A stretch of 64,000 bases of DNA from Octopus sinensis. Lineage: Eukaryota. A model generated the notes under the pieces. That model had not been told where the DNA came from. It worked only from the letters and a program-made list of their open reading frames with translations, and made no database searches. The stretch lies in contig NC_043006.1 of NCBI RefSeq assembly GCF_006345805.1, positions 41,044,001 to 41,108,000 on the forward strand, given 5' to 3'. The stretch's first letter is position 1; each line of letters starts with the position of its first letter. This document shows positions 55,049 through 64,000 of the stretch, piece by piece. Both the position numbers and the translations under genes were made by a program.

Positions 55049-55795
55049 CAAGATTTGCAAAATATCATTATTTTTCTTAACTTGATAATTATAACTTATA
55101 CAACTTGATGCCAGTACAACCCACCCTGTCCTGACTCATTTACGCGGGTATTTTTACAAAGATTTATAGTAGTACGTCATATTTGACCCAAGTCGAAATT
55201 CTGGTATCGTGCATTTTGAAGGCTTTAACTTTGGTCCAACGGAAGGACGATTTATATTAAGCACAGGTTTCGTTAGCTTTTATTCCTTATGGTATTGCTG
55301 ACAGAGTGTGAGGGACGTCAGTTAGTCTCTGACTTAAAATATATTGACACGCAAGTCCTGCAATGTCTTAGCCAGCTACCTCTTTGTTCTCTGGCGAGCC
55401 ATTGTGCATTTTACTCAAACAATCATTTATTATTTCTCATGAATTTGTCCGGTTCTGGAATTCTTGACAATGTTGCAAACAAGTCCAAGAGATATTTGAA
55501 AGTAGCACATGCTCTATAGCTCCCAGAGAGGAGTCTGGTGAAAATATCTCAAGTATCTATGCATTTATGTTGACGGAGTTTAACAAATAACAGAATGACG
55601 AGGGATATATTTCCTGTTTTACCATAAAAATCAAGAAATAAATTCTAGCTTTTTATTGCCAAACACTGTCAAAATGACAAAATGAACTGTCCATAGGTCT
55701 GTAGGAATTTCCGTTCATTATCACTGACATATGCTGCACAAGCATAACATAATATGCCAACATTACATAATGCCTTCTTTTATACCGAGATTATA

Positions 55796-56361
55796 TTGGC
55801 TTGTCCAGAAAGTTCCTGCTGATTTATAGCAGCTTACCTTTCGACTTATTTTAGAGCATGGTTGAGTCCATAAAATAGGATTTGACTACACCTACATTTA
55901 GAGCACTGTTTAAGTTATCTTTTTGTGGAAGAAGGTTTATGTTCCTATAACCTGTGTTAATTCTGTAACCCTTTAAAATGGAAGATAAGAAAGTTCATTT
56001 TCGGCACTTGATGCTTTGGGAACCAGACAAAAATTGCTGCAGCTCGGCTGGGATGTGTTACCCCACCCTCCATATTCACCAGATATTGCTCCTTCGGATT
56101 TTCACTTATTCAGGTCTCTGCAGAAAAATCTTAATGGTAAAAATTTCAATTCTTTGGATGTCGTAAAAAGACACCTTGATGAATTCTTTGCCATGAAACC
56201 ACCTCAATTCTGGGAAGAGGGTATTTTCAAGTTAAAAGAAAGATGGAGACGCATTGTGCAACAAAATGGTTCATATTTAGTTGATTAAAAATGTAATGGC
56301 AAGTATTTATTGACCTTTTTCTTTCCTTTAAAAATTGGTACAAACTTTCTGGACAACCCAC
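55796..56361 (+). mobile_element. Mariner transposon, internally deleted
   Basis: TA-flanked ~30-bp imperfect TIRs; N-terminal MEDKKVHFRHLML joined out of frame to C-terminal LPHPPYSPDIAPSDFHLF...WRRIVQQNGSY. Confidence 0.95.
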
Positions 56362-57209
56362 TAGATTTAAGCCTAAGTGTGATGAAAGAGAGCATATATT
56401 TGAAGTTATTCGCCATTTATATCCTTCACCTTGACGATGAGGCCTGCATTCAAAATTTTATCTGTTGAGCTTCATACATATTTGTTGAGCTTCATACTTG
56501 AAATCTTCGGCACGATCATCACCATACTGAGCCAAAGCTGAAGTTATTTGGATGGGTCACAGACACTCGAATGTTTGAGATACATAAGCCTCAAACTACA
56601 TTGCAGCCCGCTGGATATCACAATTTCCATTATTCCAAATCTTAAAAATCTCTCTGAGTAGGTAGTGCAAACTTCGCCTTTTGACTATTTGATCCCGAAA
56701 TGAACTTAGACTTCACACTTTATGGAAAAGTCGAAGAAAAGGGCAGTCATGTTGTCCGGCGTGTACAATACACTTCCTTCCAACGGCACTGTCGAAACTA
56801 AGGTCAGCTTTGAATTTCAGTAGGAGTAACATGATTCCTTTGTCTCCTTTAAAAATCGTTACATGTATTATAGAACAAATCTCGATGTTACAGCAATATT
56901 TTGCAAAGTGCGCGGCTTAAAAAAAACGCTTATAGCTTTATGTTTCTTGGTCGTTGTACTTGCTGTGCAAAAATTGCTTGTATGAAATAAGTGAACAGCA
57001 GGTTGTGAAATACTGAAGTATCTTTATCAGTAGGAAGGATGAACAAACATCAGAAAACCTAACTGTTGCTGGTTAATTGTCATTCTTAGAAATGGACAAT
57101 CTGTTTTGTCTTATGAGAGCGAGCATTGATAGCGTCAAATACCCTGGTGACTTACCTGTAGTCATATTTGAAGAATATATTAAATTGCAGAATTACTTAA
57201 AATTGACGA

Positions 57210-58423
57210 TAGGTGCAGGGGTAGATGAGTGGGTAAGAAGCTTGCATCTCAACCATGTGGTCTTGAGTTCAGTCCCACAGTGCAGCACTTCAGGCAAATG
57301 TTTTCTACTATAGCTCTGGGGTGACCAAAGACTTGTCTGTGGATTTAGCAGATGGAAACTGAATGAAGCTTGTTGCACGCACGAACACACACACATGTAC
57401 ATACATACATACATACATACATACATACATACATACATACATACATACACGAACATATGTCTGTCTGTCTATCTGTCTACACTCATACACATAGATATAC
57501 ATAAAGACATATATACGTACAAAAACACTCACATATATAAACACACACACACGTATGTATGTATGTATGTATGTATGTATGTATGTATGTATGTATGTAT
57601 GTATGTATGTATGTATGTATGTATGCATGTACGTATGTATGTATGCATGTAAGTATGTTTGTATGTATGTATGTATGTATGTATGTATGTATGTATGTAT
57701 GTATGTATGTATGTATGTACGTACGTACGTAAAAATGTTTCTACACATTTTTCTCACTACTAACTAACACTTACAGTGAATTGTTCAGCCTGAGTCAATA
57801 GCAGAAGATACATGCATGCATCGTGCGGTAGGACCGAACATACAAGCACAATTTTTGCGATGCGAACTACTTAGCTGTCCATTACACACATATTGATTCG
57901 CATATTTGATCCCCGCTGCTAGACATTCTATTGATATCGTTGGATATTATTGATGAATATAAAAACAGAAAGAGAAATATTGATGAACACATGAAAACAT
58001 TTAAAAACAAGTAAACTCTTCGAATGCGTTAATTTGTCAGCGTAATCACGAATCACAGGCGTAACTATTACATAAACTTTTAGAGTTACATCCCTTAAAT
58101 TAATTCGGCATTATTTTCAAGGGACGTAACTCTTATTGTTTCATTATAGGTAATTACGTGTGATCTATATTTTTTATGATAATCTAATTAAATATATATC
58201 TTTTATATTTGACTTGTTTCCGTCATTGGACTGCGGTCATGCTGGAGTGCAGCCTTGAAGAGTTAGGACGAGCAAATCGACCACAGTACTTATGTTTCTT
58301 TAAAGTCTTGTAATTATCCTATCGTTTTCTTTTGCCGAATTGCTAAGTTACTAGGATGTAAACAAACAAACGCCGGTTGTTAAGTGGCGGAGAGGAAATA
58401 CACACACAAAAACGTCTGTGTTC

Positions 58424-58462
<39 letters not shown>

Positions 58463-59069
58463 ACTGCGGCCATGCTGGAGCACCACCTTTAATCGAGCAA
58501 GTTGACCCCAGGGCTTATTCTTTGTAAGTCTAGTATTTACTCTATCGGTTCTCTTTTGCCGAACCGCTAGGTTACGGGGGACGTAAACACACCGACATCG
58601 GTTGTCAAGCGATGGTGGGAACACAAACACAGACACACAAACATATACACACATATATATTTATGCGACAGTCTTCTTTCAGGTTCCGTCTACCAAATCC
58701 ACACACATGGCTTTGGTCGGCCCGAGGCTATAGTAGAAGACACTTGCCCAAGGTGCCACGCATTGGGACTGAACCCTGAACCTTTTGGTTGGGGAGCAAA
58801 CGTCTTACCCCACAGCCATTCCTGCGCCTTACGAAGTTCACCTCTAAATTTCCTGATATGTCGGAAAAAGTGAGTGAATAAGTACGAGGCTTAAAAGTAC
58901 TCCACTTAAAAAATATGCCCCGTGGTATATTTCTTCGGCTAAAATCCTTCAAAGCGATGCTTCAGCATGGCCACAGTGAAATGATTGAAATAATAAAAAA
59001 AATAAAAGAATACAGGGATAAATATATATGTGTGTGTGTGTGTGTGTATGTATATGTATGTACGCGTGA

Positions 59070-59105
<36 letters not shown>

Positions 59106-59843
59106 GTGTGTGTATACGAATTTATGTATATGTCAGTTGAATAAAGTTAAAACATGATCTGGTTTTTTCACGTTTTTATTATGGAATTATAACATTAAAA
59201 AAAATATTTTGTAATGTTCATAAAATTCAATTATCGCTTTCATACGTTAGTAATAATCATCAAATTTCAAAATGTATTTAACTGGTAGTTGAGGTACTAC
59301 AGTTGCCAAGAAGTCAGCTGCCAGTTAGGTACGTTTTCAAATCTCATGATTACTACGAACGTATGAAGGTGCTATATATATATATACATATATACATATT
59401 CTTTTACTTGTTTCAGTAATTTGACTGCGGCCATGTTGGATCACTACCTTTATTCGAACACATTGACGCTAAGACTTATTTTTTGTAAGCCTAGTACTTA
59501 TTCTATCGTTATCTTTTGCTGAACCGCTAGGTTATGGGGATGTAAACATCCTAACATCAGTTTCAAGCGATGGTGGGAGACAAACACGACACACAAATAC
59601 ATACATACATACAAACATACATACATACATACGTAATACATACACACACACATATATATAGACATACACATATATACATGTATATAAATACGACAGGCTT
59701 CTTTCAGTTTCCGTCTACCAGTCTCAAGGATTTAGTCCGATCGAGGCTATAGTAGAAGATAGTTGCCCAAGGTTCCACGCAGTGGGAATGAAACCCGGAA
59801 CCATGTGGTTGGGAAGCAAGCTTCTTACCACACAGCCACGCCT
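57210..59843. mobile_element. Cluster of SINE A copies in both orientations with (TACA)n/(TG)n tracts
   Basis: Copies at ~57210-57380(+), 58200-58410(-), 58460-58830(-), 58870-59010(+), 59400-59843(-). Confidence 0.8.
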
Positions 59844-59859
59844 ATTAAATACATAGATA

Positions 59860-60260
59860 CATAGTGGCTGCTTGCTTGTATAGGAGCAAAGCCATTGTTA
59901 GAAAGAATAATTTAAATGAGCCATTGAGAATGCAATGAGAGGCCCTTATATGACTCTTGAGCCTTGTCAAAAATTTGCACATTTGATTGCTTAATTCACA
60001 GGTGAGCTCACTGGTAGAAGGAACCGGTGCCACTGTATGAAGTCCTTTGACATGTCTTTTTAATCCTCCAACTGAACGGTACACTTTTCCACACGTTGTA
60101 CATATTTTGTTGTCAACAATAACTGTATCATAATTTAAAAGGAGTATTTTCCCGTGGCTTGTTTGATGGCTGACCAGGCCTGCACGACTTACGCATTGCC
60201 TCCTACAAATCACCCACGTGAAAATCAATACTCATTCGCTTTCTACTGGTTCATTCTCTC
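59860..60260 (-). mobile_element. RTE-like LINE 3' end with three C2H2-like zinc fingers
   Basis: ICRRQCVSRAGLVSHQTSH, CTTCGKVYRSVGGLKRHVKGLH, CELSNQMCKFLTRLKSHIRASH; decayed. Confidence 0.6.
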
Positions 60261-60274
60261 TAAGCTTACATATA

Positions 60275-60665
60275 GTGGTGGTGCAATGGCCCAGTGGATA
60301 GGGCAGCGAATTCGCGATCGTAGGATCACAGTTTCCATTCTCAGACTGGACGTAATGAGTGCTTATTGGGCGAAAACACTTAAAACTCCATGAGGCTCGG
60401 GCAGTGGGTGGTGGCGAATCCTACTGTACTCTTCCATCACAACTTTCTCCCACTCTTTATTCCTGTTTCAGTTGTACCTGTATTTCAAAGGGACAGCCTT
60501 GTCACATTCTGTGTCACGCTGAATCTCTCCGAGAAATATGTTAAAGTGACACTTGTCTGTGGAATGCTCAGCCGCATGCACGTTAATTTCACGAGCAGGC
60601 TGTTCCATTGATCGGATCAAGTGGAACCCTCGTCGTCATAACCGACAGAGTGCCACGACGACGAC
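60275..60665 (+). mobile_element. SINE family C, full length with (ACG)n tail
   Basis: tRNA-like head and shared body. Confidence 0.8.
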
Positions 60666-60723
60666 ATATTTACATACGTACATACACACATACACAAACA
60701 TACATGCATACCTATATACTTAC

Positions 60724-60777
<54 letters not shown>

Positions 60778-60966
60778 CATGTATGATAGATCGCTAGCCA
60801 CTACACATTCTTTATTTTCTCTCCTTGTTTCTTTCTGTGTTCCATTCTGTGGAAGAGCGTAGGCTCGAAACATTAAAGGCTTTTTCACTTCCCGAGCGTT
60901 ATACTAATACATCTGTTTGTTGTCTACACCCCTGTCTTCGTCTTTTGTTTTTGTGTGAATTCTCCC

Positions 60967-61043
<77 letters not shown>

Positions 61044-61082
61044 ATATATTATTATATTATATATATATACTATAGATATATA

Positions 61083-61527
61083 CAATTGCAGCGTGGAAGG
61101 TGTTTATAAGCCATTTAAGAAACACACAAAAGCCGTTCGATTCACTTCAACATTTAAGTTTAATTTGTCAAAATATTTTCGTCGCTAAAATCAGCGACCT
61201 GTTCACTGACAAAAATCCGTGCTGCATCTATTCACTTCAACATTTAAGTTTAATTTGTCAAAATATTTTCGTCGCTAAAATCCGCGACCTGTTCACTGAC
61301 AAAAATCCGTGCTGCATCTCGGAGATGCAGCACGGATTTTTGTCAGTGAACAAGTCGCGGATTTTAGCGACGAAAATAATTTGACAAATTAAACTTAAAT
61401 GCTGAAGTGAATCGAACGGCTTTTGTGTGTTTCTTAAATGGCTTATAAACACCTTCCACGCTGCAATTGCTTTCGTTTCAGCACACGATCTCAGATCAAA
61501 TTACTTGCTATGCGAGTACATCTCCGT
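61083..61527. mobile_element. PLE-type fold-back element with a 90-bp tandem duplication and three G3-C8 hammerhead-like motifs
   Basis: Inverted repeat 61083-61469 with apex at 61321; motifs at 61164-61213(-), 61254-61303(-), 61339-61388(+). Confidence 0.75.
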
Positions 61528-61528
61528 A

Positions 61529-61559
<31 letters not shown>

Positions 61560-61560
61560 G

Positions 61561-61592
<32 letters not shown>

Positions 61593-62356
61593 ATATATAT
61601 ATATATTTTATATATATACGATGTGTTGTTCATAAATTCACTTATATGCCATTACTCGACCTTGAAGACATTTGTTCGATGTGCCGTGACATGGGACTGA
61701 ACTTAAAACCACATACTTTCTAAATGAAGTCCATAACCACACAGCCATGTCTGCACCTATATGTAGCTCTAGATTATATAATATTCCCCCACCCCAACAG
61801 AACAGAAAGTTGTGAGTTGCTGGAGTTCTGCCATCTTGCTATTTGCCAAGATTGAAAGGATTAAAGCAGAAATATGGAAGCTATCAAATGTTTGTCAATT
61901 GTTCAAACTCTCAACACTTCCTTAATTTGCTGTACTCTTTTGCCACTATTAAAATTGTAGAAAGAATGAATAAAATACTCAGATAAACAGACAATGCAAT
62001 AAATCTCGATTCCTCAGCGGAATTATATGCATTATAAACTCAAAACTTTCTGAGAAGCTTCGTCAAAATGATTTTATCGTGGTTCATTCATAGTGATTAT
62101 AGGCACAGACATGATTCTGTATTTAAGAATCTCGGTTTGGTACCATGTGATTTCAAGTTCAGTTTCACTACCCGGCACCATGGGAAAATGTCTCCCTGCT
62201 ATGGCCACGAGTCGACCAACTCCTTGTGACTGAATTTGGTAGACAAAAACTGTGTGAAAGCCCATCATATATATATATATATTCTTTTATTCTTTTACTT
62301 GTTTCATTCATTCATTTGACTGTGGCCAAGCTGGAGCACCACTTATTTATTATTTA

Positions 62357-62405
<49 letters not shown>

Positions 62406-62480
62406 CACATACGGGTATGTTGTTTACTGTTGGTGACGTCCTGTACCCATATACATGCGTATGTATGCACGTATGTATAT

Positions 62481-62530
<50 letters not shown>

Positions 62531-62636
62531 CTATATATTTATACACGTACACACACACTACACGCATATATATACAAACACACATATTATTTATATTGCT
62601 ATTTAATTGAACGTCACACATCCATTTCCAAGTAAG

Positions 62637-62668
<32 letters not shown>

Positions 62669-62849
62669 TATGTAAATGAATTGTTAAAAAGTTAAAAGTG
62701 TGTAGTGTTACATTAAATAATATGTTCCAAAAATTTAAATAGACACACAACGAAAACTTCACGTATATGATGTTGCTAATTACTCGTCAGTTATCGTCCA
62801 ACAGATCATAACAATTCATATTTATTTATTTATTTATTTATTTATTATA

Positions 62850-63136
62850 GATATAGGGTAAAAATTAACAATTTTACCAAGTCGTTGGTAATGGAAAAAC
62901 CATTATCGGTAAAAAACTTATACAAAATGTTTTTTTTATACTTATAAACATAATTAAGGGATTAGCAAAAGTTGCTTCATCATATATCAAAATTTAGAAA
63001 TAACAGTCAAAAACTACCAATTCTTCTACTACAAAATAACTCTCAGTGGAGATATTTTGTAGAGAGAAGATTAGTAGATTTTGACTGCTATTTCTAAATT
63101 TCGGTATGTGCTGAAGCAACTTTTGCTAATCTCTTA
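62850..63136. mobile_element. (TA)n-associated repeat family (also ~20305-20485, 41370-41470); this copy has a fold-back at 62955-63136
   Basis: gattagcaaaagttgcttca...gaaata.cagtcaaaa and its reverse complement. Confidence 0.65.
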
Positions 63137-63148
63137 TCATGTTTATAT

Positions 63149-63193
<45 letters not shown>

Positions 63194-63219
63194 ATATCTA
63201 ATATATACAGATACAGACA

Positions 63220-63251
<32 letters not shown>

Positions 63252-63299
63252 ACACATATATATATATATATATCTATATATAATGTATATAACATATAT

Positions 63300-63780
63300 T
63301 CAGATGAATATGGTACTTAAGTTAAAGGCACTAGTATTTAGTATGTTATTATCTATATAATTCAAAATGGGGTGATTATAATCAAAATAATCATCAAGGA
63401 TAATTGAGCAATGCAAACATTACATCAATTTAAAATGTAGAGCAATCTTCAGCTGCATAAATTATATAGAATTTAGTTAAATTCGAAGGATTCATTTGTA
63501 TAGTCTCCTTTTTATCCAAAATCCCAAAGGGGGTAAGTACATGGACAAAGAGCATGTTTTATCAACAGTATCACAGTAAATATATTTGATCGATATTGAC
63601 AGTTTTGAAGGCAGAGGTGGCTTTTAATTACAAATCATAAGTTTTAATGGTAGAACTCGAAGTAGATAACGCTATAAATACCAACAATCGTTAGCAGAGA
63701 TTACGAGCACAACAATCGGGCTAGTCGAAGCTCAGTATCTGAAGCGTGCATCGGGGTTTTTAATTGAATATTTACATGCT
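63300..63780 (-). mobile_element. Probable PLE GIY-YIG C-terminal remnant and 3' segment
   Basis: Frameshifted KYSIKNPDARFR/TEL resembles the PLE endonuclease HxxSF...TEL region. Confidence 0.45.
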
Positions 63781-63880
63781 NNNNNNNNNNNNNNNNNNNN
63801 NNNNNNNNNNNNNNNNNNNNNNNNNNNNNNNNNNNNNNNNNNNNNNNNNNNNNNNNNNNNNNNNNNNNNNNNNNNNNNNN
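63781..63880. other. Assembly gap (100 N)
   Basis: Run of N. Confidence 1.
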
Positions 63881-64000
63881 CTGCGATTGAAGCGAATTTG
63901 GCAAGTATTTCAGTCAGGTCAAGTTACCACAAAGATGCTCCTTCACGAATGTATAAAACAGTGCAGCAGATTGAATTTTATAAATAAATGGTTATACAGC

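Noticed and set aside
58083-58133. Short hairpin agagttacatccctt/aagggacgtaactct
   Set aside because: Only 15-bp arms; probably a fragment of a decayed fold-back element, too little to classify
63400-63457. Minus-strand CTGAAGA near the PLE remnant
   Set aside because: No GAAA half-core found

Overview
AT-rich, repeat-saturated eukaryotic DNA with two 100-N scaffold gaps. The SINE families and microsatellite spectrum look like a coleoid cephalopod (Octopus-like); this is from memory, not a database search. No host gene is securely identifiable, and most ORFs in the track are translations of (TA)n/(TATC)n/(TACA)n/(CTT)n repeats or of SINEs. Contents: three tRNA-derived SINE families (dozens of copies), decayed RTE, CR1-like and Tx1/L1-clade LINE fragments, several Penelope-like element (PLE) remnants, an internally deleted mariner, MITE-like elements and many long fold-back palindromes. 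Main observations: (1) about a dozen minimal type-I hammerhead-ribozyme-like motifs from several repeat families, whose cores show three versions of the 3-8 tertiary pair (C3-G8, G3-C8, U3-A8) and palindromic helix III; (2) a canonical hammerhead between 63-bp direct repeats, resembling a ~300-nt retrozyme or pseudo-LTR; (3) a Tx1-like LINE whose four copies all sit in (TATC)n; (4) a SINE that apparently inserts into one fixed site within its own family; (5) a CR1-like LINE and a SINE sharing a 3' tail with a covarying stem; (6) a speculative minus-strand gene model for a small signal-peptide protein at 22.5-26.3 kb. Repeat boundaries were read by eye and are approximate.
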